Positions 1 to 9,506 of a DNA stretch of 64,000 nt are shown here, piece by piece. Source of the DNA: Chloroflexota bacterium (lineage in GTDB: Bacteria > Chloroflexota > Dehalococcoidia > DSTF01 > RBG-16-68-14); the NCBI GenBank assembly GCA_003228685.1, contig QIFC01000115.1, forward strand, positions 6,028-70,027. The letters run 5' to 3'. The position numbers and the translations under genes were made by a program. Below the pieces are notes generated by a model. It worked only from the letters and a program-made list of their open reading frames with translations, searched no databases and was not told where the DNA came from. Positions within the stretch are counted from its first letter, which is position 1. Each line of letters begins with the position of its first letter.

Positions 1-305
1 TGAGACTGGAGGCGGGCAGCCGCCTGAGAGAGCTGTACGCCAGCGACGAGATGGAGGTCAATTCCCGGCATCATCAGGGCGTTCTCCTGGAGATGGTCGC
101 GCCGGGGCTAACGGCGGCCGCCCTCTCGCCCGACGGGGTGGTCGAAGCCACGGAAAGCACGGCCCACACTTGGGTCATCGGAGTGCAATGGCACCCTGAA
201 CGCGTGGAGGCTGAACATCCGCACTTCCTGCGCGAACAACGCGCGCTCTTCGCGGCGTTCGTAGGCGCGGCAAAGAGGCAGCCAGAGAACGCGCCAAGCG
301 CATGA
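1..305 (+). CDS. class I glutamine amidotransferase / gamma-glutamyl-GABA hydrolase-like (peptidase C26), 5' end outside window
   Basis: The frame is open from nt 3 (RLEAGSRLRELYASDEMEVNSRHHQGV...). The HHQ and GVQWHPE motifs are typical of the C26/GATase1 catalytic His-Glu region. Confidence 0.6.
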   Translation, partial: RLEAGSRLRELYASDEMEVNSRHHQGVLLEMVAPGLTAAALSPDGVVEATESTAHTWVIGVQWHPERVEAEHPHFLREQRALFAAFVGAAKRQPENAPSA

Positions 306-1669
306 CCACGCCGGACATTCAGTTTACGAACACGGCCGATGGTACGACTATTGCTCATGCGTCCACAGGGAACGGCAACCCCTTGGTCATGACGCCGGGG
401 TGGGTGAGCCACTTAGAGCTGGTCTGGACCGGTAATGCCGGAGCGTTCAACGAGCGGCTGGCGCGGTCACATCGCCTCATCCAGTTCGACGGGCGTGGCA
501 CGGGGCTCTCGGACCGCAATGTCGATGACATCTCGGTCGAGGCCAGACTGGGGGACCTGGAGGCCGTCGTTGAACAGCTCAATCTTGACTCGTTCGCCCT
601 CCTTGGCCTGAGCCAGTGGTCGCCTGTGGCCATGCTCTATGCCGCTCGCCATCCAGAGAAGGTCTCCAAATTGCTGCTCTACGCACCGTTTTGCAGTGGC
701 TTCATCGGCGACAAGCGCGATGAGCTGGCGCAGGCGCTGCTGGGCCTGATTCGTGCCGAATGGGGCGTAGGAGCCCGAACCACCATGGGCTTCATCCATC
801 CCGACGCGGACAGGGAGCATCAAGAGGTCAGCTTGGAGTTCCTGAGAAGGTCTAGTTCGGGCGATATCGCGGCGCGAATTCTTGAAGAAGGCATGTTCCA
901 AGTGGACGTCTGCGACGTAGTGCCGGAACTGCAAATGCCGTCATTGGTGATGCACCGGCGCGACGACAACGCGGTGCGGTGGGAGTGCGGACGGCAAGTG
1001 GCGTCGCTGCTGCCCAACGTGAAGTTCGTGCCGCTCCAGGGCGACCACCACCTACCTGAGGATGGCGACTCCGAGGCGGTACTGCGCGCAATTGAGGACT
1101 TTCTTGGCGTCGAGGCGCCTTCCACCGACACACCGAAAGCAGTGCCGGCGGCGGCCTACGCGGACGCGCCGGTGACGCTGCTCTTTACGGACATCGAGGG
1201 CTCGACGACGCTGACGGAGCGCCTTGGTGACGCGAAGGCGCAGGAGTTGCTACGCGACCACAACCGCATCGTGCGGCAGGCGCTCAGCGCCCGCGGTGGG
1301 TCCGAAATCAAGCATACGGGCGATGGCATCATGGCGTCGTTCCCTTCGGCCTCGGGCGCGCTGGAGGCCGCGATTGCCATGCAGCGGTCGCTCGCGAAGC
1401 GGAACGAGGAGCAGCCGGACGAGCCGATCCAGGTCCGTATTGGGCTGAACTCAGGCGAGCCGGTGCGGGACGGCGATGACCTGTTCGGGACGTCCGTCCA
1501 GCTGGCCCGGCGCATCTGTGATAAGGCCGCTCCGGGACAGATCCTCGCGTCGAACGTCGTGCGGGAACTGGTGGCCGGGAAAGGATTTCTGTTCGCGGAC
1601 CTCGGTGAGACCGCGTTGCGAGGGTTTGAAGACCCGATACGGGTGTATGAAGTGCGCTGGAGCGAATAG
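302..1669 (+). CDS. alpha/beta-hydrolase-fold domain fused to class III adenylate/guanylate cyclase domain
   Basis: The N-terminal half looks like an alpha/beta hydrolase (HRLIQFDGRGTGLSD, LLGLSQWSP elbow, C-terminal GDHHLPED). The C-terminal half has VTLLFTDIEGSTTLTERLGD...HTGDGIMASF...RIGLNSGEP...FGTSVQLARRI, the class III cyclase signature. Confidence 0.75.
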   Translation: MTTPDIQFTNTADGTTIAHASTGNGNPLVMTPGWVSHLELVWTGNAGAFNERLARSHRLIQFDGRGTGLSDRNVDDISVEARLGDLEAVVEQLNLDSFALLGLSQWSPVAMLYAARHPEKVSKLLLYAPFCSGFIGDKRDELAQALLGLIRAEWGVGARTTMGFIHPDADREHQEVSLEFLRRSSSGDIAARILEEGMFQVDVCDVVPELQMPSLVMHRRDDNAVRWECGRQVASLLPNVKFVPLQGDHHLPEDGDSEAVLRAIEDFLGVEAPSTDTPKAVPAAAYADAPVTLLFTDIEGSTTLTERLGDAKAQELLRDHNRIVRQALSARGGSEIKHTGDGIMASFPSASGALEAAIAMQRSLAKRNEEQPDEPIQVRIGLNSGEPVRDGDDLFGTSVQLARRICDKAAPGQILASNVVRELVAGKGFLFADLGETALRGFEDPIRVYEVRWSE

Positions 1670-1696
1670 CGTCAAGAGCTTAGGGGAGACGAGCGT

Positions 1697-4434
1697 ATGA
1701 CCACGAACGGCAACAGCAACATCGGAACGGTCCGGCCGGTGAAGATCGAAGAAGAGATGCGCACGTCGTATCTCGATTATGCGATGAGCGTCATCGTCTC
1801 GCGCGCGCTCCCGTCGGCCCAGGACGGCCTCAAGCCCGTCCAGCGCCGGATCTTGTACGCGTTCCACGAGCAAGGGGTGCGCGCCGGTACTCGCTACCGG
1901 AAGACCGTCGGCATTGTCGGCGAGGTGATGAAGAGCTACCACCCGCACGGCGACTCGGCCATCTATGACGCGATGGTCCGTATGGCGCAGGACTGGACGT
2001 TGCGCTACCCGCTCGTTGACCCCCAAGGAAACTTCGGCAGCGTTGACGGCGACCCGCCGGCCGCCATGCGCTACACCGAAGCGCGGCTGGCGGTGATCGC
2101 CGGCGAAATGCTGGACGCCATCGACAAAGAGACCGTCGACTTCGTGCCTAACTTCGACGACAGCACGCGCGAACCAGTCGTGCTGCCGGCCAGGCTCCCG
2201 AACCTGCTGGTCAACGGCGCCAGCGGCATCGCCGTTGGCATGGCGACGAACATTCCTCCGCATAACCTCAACGAAATCTGTGATGCGATCATCAAGCTCC
2301 TTGAGGAGCCCGAGACGACGACCGACGAGCTGTCCGAAATCGTGAAGGGCCCCGATTTCCCGACGGGCGGCATCATCTACCGCATGCGGAGCGAACGCGA
2401 GTACGACGCGGAAGGCAACCGCGTCGAGGTGCTTCGCGACGCCGTGAAGCAGACCTACGGCGACGGCAGGGGCCGCATTGTGATGCAGGCCAGGACGCAT
2501 GTGGAAGAGGCGGCGCGCGGGAACAAGATGCAGATTATCGTGACGGAGTTGCCCTTCCAGGTGAACAAGGCATCGCTCGTGGAGCGCATCGCGGACCTGG
2601 TCCGCAACAAGAAGGTCGATGGCATCAGCGACCTGCGCGACGAAACCGACCGCCACGGCATGCGCATCGTGATCGAGCTGAGCCGGACCGGCCAGCCGCA
2701 ATCAGTCCTCAACTCGCTGTACAAGCATACGGCCATGCGGAGCACGTTCCCGGTGAACATGCTCGCGCTGGTTGACGGGCAGCCTCGGGTGATCAACCTC
2801 AAAACGGCGCTGGAGCAGTACATCATCTTCCGCCGCGAGGTCATCCGCCGGAGGACGGAGTTCGATCTGGGGAAGGCGCGCGAGCGCGATCATATCTTGC
2901 AGGGCCTGATCAAGGCGCTGGACAAGCTGGACCAGGTGATCAAGACGATCCGTGGCGCCCAGTCAGCCGACAAGGCCAAGGAAGCCCTGATGGCCAAGCC
3001 GTTCAACCTGACTGAGATCCAGGCGCAGGCCGTGCTGGACATGCAGCTCCGGCGCCTGGCGCGCTTGGAGCGACAGAAGATCCAAGAGGAACATGAAGAA
3101 CTGCTGAAGCTCATCGCTGAACTGGAGGACCTGCTCGCGCATCCGCACAAGATCGACTTGCTCGTCAAGGAGGACCAGCTCGAGCTAAAAGAGAAGTATG
3201 GCGACGACCGAAGGACGCAGATCGTCGCTCAGGTAGCGGAGCAGTACAGCGAGGAAGATCTCGTCGCCCATCAGGAGGTCGTGATCACGCTGAGCCAACG
3301 CGGCTACATCAAACGTCTGCCGTTGGAGACGTATCGTCCGCAGTTGCGCGGCGGCCGCGGCGCGGCATCGCGGGCATGGGCACGCGCGAGGCCGACGCCG
3401 TGCATCGTCTGGTTGTCGCCGATACACACGACAGCCTGCTGTTCTTCACGGACCGTGGCCGCGTGTTCCAGTTGCGGGCCTTCGAAGTGCCGGATGCTTC
3501 CCGGCAGGCGAAGGGCCTGCCGCTGATCAACCTGATCGAAATCGAACAGGCCGAGCAGGTGACGGCCGTCGTGGCGGCCCGCGACTTCGAGAAGGACGCG
3601 ATGGTGCTGGGCACCAAGCTGGGCGAAGTGAAGCGCACGGCGCTCTCCGAGTTCTCCTCGGTGCGGCGTTCAGGCCTAATCGCCATGAACCTGGAGAAGA
3701 ACGACGTGCTCATGTCCGCCAAACTGGCGCACGATGACGACCACGTCGTTTTCGTGTCATCCGATGGCCAATCGGTGCGATTCCCGGTGTCTGAGCTGCG
3801 CTCCGCATCGCGTGCCAGCGGTGGCGTGCGGGGCATCAAGCTGGCGAAGAACGCGACCGGCGTAAGCATGGAGATCGCCTCGGCGGGCGACGAGCTGCTG
3901 ACGCTGACCGAGTTCGGCGCCGGTAAGCGCACTCCGATCGACGAGTATCCGAGACATCATCGCGGCGGAAGCGGCGTCATCACGTTCAAGGTCTCCAGAG
4001 CCACGGGATCTGTCATCGCGGGGCGCATGGTGAAGGATTCGCAGGAGTTGATCGTGATCTCTCAGGACGGCATCGTGCTGCGGACAAGGATGGATGGCAT
4101 CTCCATTCAGGGCCGCTCGACTCAGGGTGTCGCGGTCATCAACCTGGGCGAGGGTGATCGCGTGGGCTCCGTTGCGACGATCGAGATGGCGCCAGATCAG
4201 GCCGCGGCGACCGCGGAGGGACCCGCAGCCAAGACGCTACCTGGCATGGAGCCGGAGGCGGGGTCAGGCAAGAAGGCCTCTTCCGCAAAAGCATCTTCTG
4301 CGAAGGTCTCGGCAAAGAGGGGTAAGGCTGCGCTTGGTCAGGCCGACGCCGCGATGCGAAAGGCCGACGCGACGCTCAAGAAGACCAAGTCGAACGGCCG
4401 TAAGCCAGGGCCTTCGTCTAAGCGCTCCAAGTAG
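1697..4434 (+). CDS. gyrA: DNA gyrase subunit A, interrupted by an apparent 1-nt frameshift near 3362-3366
   Basis: ORF 1697..3526 carries the GyrA N-terminus ([24 protein letters not shown], active-site [10 protein letters not shown]). ORF 3376..4434 in another frame continues exactly where GyrA should (..RGGRG / [34 protein letters not shown], followed by beta-pinwheel repeats). Confidence 0.9.
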
Positions 4435-4443
4435 GCGCCGCTC

Positions 4444-4905
4444 ATGGCATCGCAGGTGAGGGTCGCCACGGAGGCCGACCTACCGCGCGTCGTCGAGCTG
4501 CTGGCGCAGCTATCGGTCGATGACCCGCGAGAGCAGCCCGGCCCGCCTCCGCCCGATGTGTACGCGGAGGCCTTTCGGCGCATGCGGGCCGATGAAGAAC
4601 AGCGTCTGCTCGTTCTGGAAGCTGACGGGCGGATCGTAGGCTCGCTGGTGCTGCTGATCATTCCAAACCTCACGCACCAAGGACGCCCATACGCGACGGT
4701 CGAGAACGTGATCGTGGACGAGTCAGAGCGAGGCAGCGGTCGCGGGCGTCAGCTTATGGAGCATGCGATCGATGAGGCGAAGAAGGCGGGCTGCTACAAG
4801 ATTGCGCTCACGAGCCACAGGAGCCGAACGGAGGCGCACCGCTTCTACGAGGACCTCGGCTTCGAGTCGACGCATGAGGCGTACCGGATCAATTTTTCGG
4901 ACTAG
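4444..4905 (+). CDS. GNAT family N-acetyltransferase
   Basis: 153 aa with the acetyl-CoA-binding motif VIVDESERGSGRGRQLMEHAI and a C-terminal RFYEDLGF. Confidence 0.75.
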   Translation: MASQVRVATEADLPRVVELLAQLSVDDPREQPGPPPPDVYAEAFRRMRADEEQRLLVLEADGRIVGSLVLLIIPNLTHQGRPYATVENVIVDESERGSGRGRQLMEHAIDEAKKAGCYKIALTSHRSRTEAHRFYEDLGFESTHEAYRINFSD

Positions 4906-5960
4906 CGTTCGGCTAGCCAGCTCCGCACAGAGGTGCCGATCTTGGCGAACTCGTAGGCGATCGGCCCGGTGGGGTCGCCGAGAACGAGTGGCCGGCCTTG
5001 GTCCGCTGTCTCCGAAAGGCGGGTGTCGAATGGGATCCGGCCGAGCACCGGCAAGCCGGCGTCGCTAAGCCTGGATGAGGTCCCGAACAGGTCGATCTGC
5101 TCTTCGCAATGCGGGCAGCGCAGCTCCGCCATGTTCTGCACCCAACCGATCACGGGCACGTTGTGCTCCGTCAGCAGCGCCAGGGTGCGCTCGGCGTCCA
5201 TCTGGGCCAGGTCCTGTGGCGTGGTGACGAAGATGGCGCCTGAAATCGGCAGTTCGCTGGCCATGGCCAGCAGCTCGTCGCCGGTACCGGGTGGCGCGTC
5301 CATCACGAGGACGTCGGCCTGCCACGCCACCTCGAATACCAGGTAGCGGAGTAGCGTAGATACCAGCGTCCGGCCTGCGAGGTTCGGCGCCATCCGTTCG
5401 GGAACCATGAACCCGACCGACATCACCTCCAGATCGAACTGCACGTGGGGCCGGTTGCGTTGCGAAGGCGGTTTGACCTTCTTGGACATGAGCTGCCAGC
5501 CGAACCCTCGCGGCGCCTGCTCCGGATGGAGGCCCAGAAGATGAGGAAGGTCCGGTGCGCTTAGGTCGCCGTCCAGCAGGCCCGCTGACACACCCATCGC
5601 CGACAGCGTCAGCGCCAGATTGACCGCCAGCGTGGACTTGCCCACGCCACCCTTCCCGCCGAACACCGCGACGATGTGGCGTCCTTCTCCGAAGCCCTGC
5701 CCGCCGCGATAGACCTGGCGACCCGCGCGAAGTTCGAACTCGATGCCTGGAAACGCCGTCGTGAGGAGCGCATGCGCGCTCGCGAGCAATCTTCGCGGTG
5801 TGTCCTCTCTCCCGATCGCGACGGCCGCCCAGCTGCCTTCGCTGATCACATCCGCGATCTCGTCGCCGGCGAACGATGGCGAGCCGTCCGGCTCGCGCAG
5901 CGATGCTAGGGCTGCCCGGACAGCAGCCGCGTCGAGGTCAGTCGCGCCCTGCCCGGCCAT
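4902..5960 (-). CDS. Mrp/ApbC/NBP35-family Fe-S cluster carrier ATPase
   Basis: Deviant Walker A VAVFGGKGGVGKSTLAVNLA, the CPHC motif (ELRCPHCEEQIDLFG) and the VLGRIPFD tail. Confidence 0.85.
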   Translation of the reverse strand: MAGQGATDLDAAAVRAALASLREPDGSPSFAGDEIADVISEGSWAAVAIGREDTPRRLLASAHALLTTAFPGIEFELRAGRQVYRGGQGFGEGRHIVAVFGGKGGVGKSTLAVNLALTLSAMGVSAGLLDGDLSAPDLPHLLGLHPEQAPRGFGWQLMSKKVKPPSQRNRPHVQFDLEVMSVGFMVPERMAPNLAGRTLVSTLLRYLVFEVAWQADVLVMDAPPGTGDELLAMASELPISGAIFVTTPQDLAQMDAERTLALLTEHNVPVIGWVQNMAELRCPHCEEQIDLFGTSSRLSDAGLPVLGRIPFDTRLSETADQGRPLVLGDPTGPIAYEFAKIGTSVRSWLAER

Positions 5961-6351
5961 TGAACTCGATCACCTTGTCCGGACGCAGCCGGATCGTCAC
6001 GGAATTCCCGCCTTCCGTGCTCTTGAGGTAGGCGCGCCCCATCTCTTCGCCCAGATAGCGGAACGCCAACTTCTGACGCCGCTCGTCCGACAACGCATCC
6101 TCGAGCTGGGCCTTCCCGCGCACCATGGCCGCGAGGTAGGGGACCTCGCGGCGGTCGATGACGAGCGTGACGTCGGGGTGCGCCTCAACGTTGAGGTGCT
6201 TCTGCGAACCGCGGCCGGTCGAGATCAGGAACTCACCGTCCTCGTACAGGTACCAGATAGGCGCGGCGCGAGCGCGGCCTTTCGTGTCGACGGTCGCGAG
6301 GACGGCGACGTTCGCCTCCTCGAGCATGGCTTCAATTTCAGAGCTGGTCAT
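5938..6351 (-). CDS. pyridoxamine 5'-phosphate oxidase family (PPOX / F420-dependent-like) protein
   Basis: 137 aa with VAVLATVDTKGRARAAPIWYLYEDGEFLIST, the split-barrel PPOX pattern. Confidence 0.6.
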   Translation of the reverse strand: MTSSEIEAMLEEANVAVLATVDTKGRARAAPIWYLYEDGEFLISTGRGSQKHLNVEAHPDVTLVIDRREVPYLAAMVRGKAQLEDALSDERRQKLAFRYLGEEMGRAYLKSTEGGNSVTIRLRPDKVIEFNGRAGRD

Positions 6352-6360
6352 GTGTGCCTC

Positions 6361-6966
6361 CTAGTCTAGGTGCGTTCGCACGAACTCGACGACGCCACGG
6401 TCGATCTCAAGCTCGGCGTCCGCACGCTCCTGCACTGTCATCTCAGATCTGTACTTCCCGGCTTTGGAAACGAACTGGAGCGAACTCAGCGGCTCGCCGG
6501 GCGTCAGCACGGGGCTCCGCACGCTCCTGAACAGGGTGCGCTCGGTCAGGCGTCGCACGAATACGCGATCCTGCGCGAGCACCACCACGACCGCGGCGAT
6601 CCACGACGCTTCGCTCTCGCCCCCAATCCCTCGAAGCTCGCGGGCGTAGTAGTCGAGGATCTCATCATCCGGCGCAGTTCCAGGATTGCCTAGGATTCGA
6701 CCGACGAGGACACCAGGCTGCCTTTCTGGCGGAAAGGCATCGATGAAGAGGGAGTAGTCTGTGGCGAACGTAGGGAGGCCGGCCGCCTCGAAGTAGGCCA
6801 TTGCCTTCATTGTCGCGTTTCCTTCAGGCGTGTCAGAGCTTTCCACAACCGACAGCTCGATGCCTAATTCTGCCGGGCTGAGTACAGCAATGCCGGCCGG
6901 CACCAACAGTTCGCGGAACCGCTCAAGCCGCGTAGCATTCCTCGAACCCAACAGGACTTGTCTCAT
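6361..6966 (-). CDS. Ham1/ITPase-like non-canonical NTP pyrophosphatase (divergent)
   Basis: LLGSRNATRLERFRELL and E..DTPEGNATMKA....GLPTFATDYSLFIDAF parallel the Ham1 motifs (T.N..K..E; ETG.TF.ENA..KA; ADDSGL.VDAL). The C-terminal motifs are not clearly seen. Confidence 0.45.
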   Translation of the reverse strand: MRQVLLGSRNATRLERFRELLVPAGIAVLSPAELGIELSVVESSDTPEGNATMKAMAYFEAAGLPTFATDYSLFIDAFPPERQPGVLVGRILGNPGTAPDDEILDYYARELRGIGGESEASWIAAVVVVLAQDRVFVRRLTERTLFRSVRSPVLTPGEPLSSLQFVSKAGKYRSEMTVQERADAELEIDRGVVEFVRTHLD

Positions 6967-7634
6967 CGCTCCCAGATTACAGCATCGTGGCTGAAGTAGA
7001 CGCGCCCCGGGGCCAACGCTCGCAGCAGAGCCAACGAACGCTCGTACGCGGCGTCGTCCCAGTCGCCGCCCGGGGCAGGCTCCCTGTCCGCGTACTCGGC
7101 GGCGGTGTAGGCCGCGTGCCCGGCGATGATGGCGAGGCCGCCCTCCGTCTCCACCAATACGGACTGATGGCCGGGTGTGTGGCCGGGAGTTTGCAGCACG
7201 GAGACTCCCGACGCGATCTCGGCCTCACCGGTTAGCTGTTCATATATCGCTCTGGGGAACTGGAACCACTCGGGCACGGTGTAGGCGTAGGCTGCTGCCG
7301 CCTTGTACTCGGCGGCCTGGACGTAGATCGGCCCGCCGGCGAAGAGCCTGTTCTCGCCGCAGTGGTCGAAGTGGAGATGCGTGTTGATCACGGCAGCGAT
7401 GCCGGCCGGGGCGCACCCTGTTGCCGCCAGCGCGTCCGTCAGCGCGATTCGGTCCTGCTCGTAGAGCGTGTCGATGCCGTCATGCCCGCTGCCGGCGCCG
7501 ATGTCGACGAGAAACGGCCCCCCTGGATCACGAATGAGGAACGCGTGTATCGGAGCGCGCTTGCCTGCGAACGGCCCGCGCCGGGGCGTGACCTGGCCGA
7601 GGGCCAGCGGAACGACTTCGACGCCCGTCGCCAC
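6963..7634 (-). CDS. MBL-fold metallo-hydrolase (lactonase-like)
   Basis: The VINTHLHFDHCGEN metal-binding motif plus the later TPGHTPGH. It overlaps the downstream gene by 4 nt. Confidence 0.75.
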   Translation of the reverse strand: MATGVEVVPLALGQVTPRRGPFAGKRAPIHAFLIRDPGGPFLVDIGAGSGHDGIDTLYEQDRIALTDALAATGCAPAGIAAVINTHLHFDHCGENRLFAGGPIYVQAAEYKAAAAYAYTVPEWFQFPRAIYEQLTGEAEIASGVSVLQTPGHTPGHQSVLVETEGGLAIIAGHAAYTAAEYADREPAPGGDWDDAAYERSLALLRALAPGRVYFSHDAVIWER

Positions 7635-7639
7635 AGCGC

Positions 7640-8695
7640 TCAGTAGCCGCGCGCGGGGTCGGCCAGGTTCTTGAGCGGTTCGTCCGCTAGATAGCGGCGT
7701 AGGTTGTCGCAGAAGATGCCGACGGCGCGCTGGTTGTAGATCTCGGTACCTCCGGAGATGTGGGGGCTCATGATGACGTTCTCCATCCCCCAGAGTTCGC
7801 TATCCGCAGACAGCGGCTCCTGATCGAAGACGTCCAGCCCCGCGCCCGCGATCCCGCCGCTCTCGAGCGCTTCGATCAGCGCGTCCTGGTCGACCACGGC
7901 CCCGCGGGCGATGTTGATCAGCACGGCGCTCTGCTTCATCGCTGCCAGCTCTGCCCTGCCGATCAGGTGGCGGGTCTCCTCTGTGAGCGGCGTCGCCAGC
8001 ACGACGAAATCGCTCTCGGCAAGGAGCGACGGCAGCTCCGACGGCGGCATCAACTCGCCGATCTCTTCATCGACGGACCGTTGGGTGATGGAACGCCGGA
8101 TCGCGAGCACGCGGCAACCGAACGCCTTCGAGAGCCGGGCCACCTCGGCTCCAATGTGGCCCAGTCCGACGACGCCCACCGTCTTGCCGAACAGTTCCTG
8201 CGGCATGAAGCGCACCCACTCCTTGCGTCCTTGAGCGCGTACAAAGGTGTGGGCCTGCTTGCAGAACATGAGCATCACGGTGAGCACGTACTCGCCGATG
8301 GGCGTGGCGTGGAGGCCGCTGGCACTCGTGACCATGATGTCGCTCTCCAGCAGGCCGCTGCGCATCGCCCGGTCCAGGCCCGCGCTCGTGAGCTGCAGCC
8401 AGCGGAGCGCGGGCGCCTCCTTCTTGAGCGCGTCGACTGTGGGGTACATCTCGATCAACGAAGGGCCCCAGAAGCCGAACAGCACCTCGGCCTCGGCTAT
8501 CGCATCGTCGAACTCGGCGCGGGCCGTCTGAGCCTCCAGTTCGCTCGGGTACTTGCGCTGGCCGCGAAAGAGCCGCCGGGCGGCCTGGCCGAGGACCGTG
8601 GCTCGCACGCGCGGATCGACGCCCTCGATCTCTTTAACGAGTTCTGGCTCCAGCGCGAACGTGATGAGCACGTGGACGTCGGACTTGTCAGACAC
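7640..8695 (-). CDS. D-isomer-specific 2-hydroxyacid dehydrogenase, NAD-binding
   Basis: Rossmann motif GKTVGVVGLGHIGAEVARL, plus NIARG.VVD and SPHISG. I chose the GTG start at 8695 because GAGGAGG lies 5 nt upstream; the longer ATG at 8740 overlaps the upstream gene. Confidence 0.8.
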   Translation of the reverse strand: MSDKSDVHVLITFALEPELVKEIEGVDPRVRATVLGQAARRLFRGQRKYPSELEAQTARAEFDDAIAEAEVLFGFWGPSLIEMYPTVDALKKEAPALRWLQLTSAGLDRAMRSGLLESDIMVTSASGLHATPIGEYVLTVMLMFCKQAHTFVRAQGRKEWVRFMPQELFGKTVGVVGLGHIGAEVARLSKAFGCRVLAIRRSITQRSVDEEIGELMPPSELPSLLAESDFVVLATPLTEETRHLIGRAELAAMKQSAVLINIARGAVVDQDALIEALESGGIAGAGLDVFDQEPLSADSELWGMENVIMSPHISGGTEIYNQRAVGIFCDNLRRYLADEPLKNLADPARGY

Positions 8696-8706
8696 GGGCG
8701 CCTCCT

Positions 8707-9441
8707 CTACTTCCCGTAGGCCAGCCGTTCGATCAGCCAAGCCGGCAGCCCGGCTTGCTGCATGGCCGCCTGCGTTTCGGGGATGTCGTACTCCACGCGA
8801 GAGAACGTGATCGTCGCCGAATCGCTGTCGTACAGCGCGTAGGCGGCGCGCGGGTCACCGTCGCGAGGCTGTCCCACGCCCCCGGGGTTGATGATCATGC
8901 GCTCCTCGGTGAGTTCGACGCGCGCGCCGTCCTCGGCCGGGCGTAGTGGTGGTGGTGAAGCGATGTCTTCCCGGCACATGGCGGGGAGGTGCGTGTGCCC
9001 GACCAGGCTGAAGCGCGTCTTCTGCAACTCGAACTGCGCCTGCGCCTGTTCGCTCGAGAGCAGGTACTCCCACTCCGGCCAGCGAAGACTGCCGTGCACG
9101 AGCGTAAAGGCGCCTTCTTCAATCACCAATGGAAGCTCGGTCAAATAGTCGCGGGAGCTGTCCGAGAGTTCTTTGGCGGTCCACTCGGCGGCCGTGGCGG
9201 CCGCTCCGTTGAAGTCGTCCGTCGGCATCTTGCCGCACGATGCGAGGTCGTGATTTCCAGCGACCGTCACGTTCTTGTAGGAGCGCAGCATCTCGACGCA
9301 TTCGTTCGGTTGGGGGCCGTAGCCGACTGTGTCTCCCAGGCACCAGAGCGCGTCCAGGCTGCCGCCGGCCTCCGCGCCGGCAAGCACCGAGCGAAAGGCG
9401 GCTAGGTTCGCGTGGATGTCTGAGACGATGGCGATCCGCAA
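8707..9441 (-). CDS. metallophosphoesterase (YfcE/MJ0936-like)
   Basis: Motifs MRIAIVSDIHAN, GDTVGYGP, GNHD and VGHTH. Confidence 0.8.
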   Translation of the reverse strand: MRIAIVSDIHANLAAFRSVLAGAEAGGSLDALWCLGDTVGYGPQPNECVEMLRSYKNVTVAGNHDLASCGKMPTDDFNGAAATAAEWTAKELSDSSRDYLTELPLVIEEGAFTLVHGSLRWPEWEYLLSSEQAQAQFELQKTRFSLVGHTHLPAMCREDIASPPPLRPAEDGARVELTEERMIINPGGVGQPRDGDPRAAYALYDSDSATITFSRVEYDIPETQAAMQQAGLPAWLIERLAYGK

Positions 9442-9506
9442 TGAGCGCTCCTTGCCGTCGCGAAGGGGACGTGGGCGGATCTTAACACACGACTCACAAG
9501 GGGTCG

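Noticed and set aside
1451-2701. 416-aa minus-strand ORF antisense to gyrA. Similar long shadow ORFs occur at 7760-8719 (+), 22412-23641 (+), 57147-58079 (+) and 61027-61878 (-).
   Set aside because: Each lies entirely opposite a gene with clear family motifs. Their translations are Arg/Ala/His/Gly-rich with no recognisable motifs, which is typical of stop-codon-poor antisense frames in high-GC DNA.
9442-9506. Possible TPP riboswitch upstream of thiL.
   Set aside because: The spacer is only ~65 nt and lacks the conserved CUGAGA / ACCUGA elements. thiL is not usually riboswitch-controlled.
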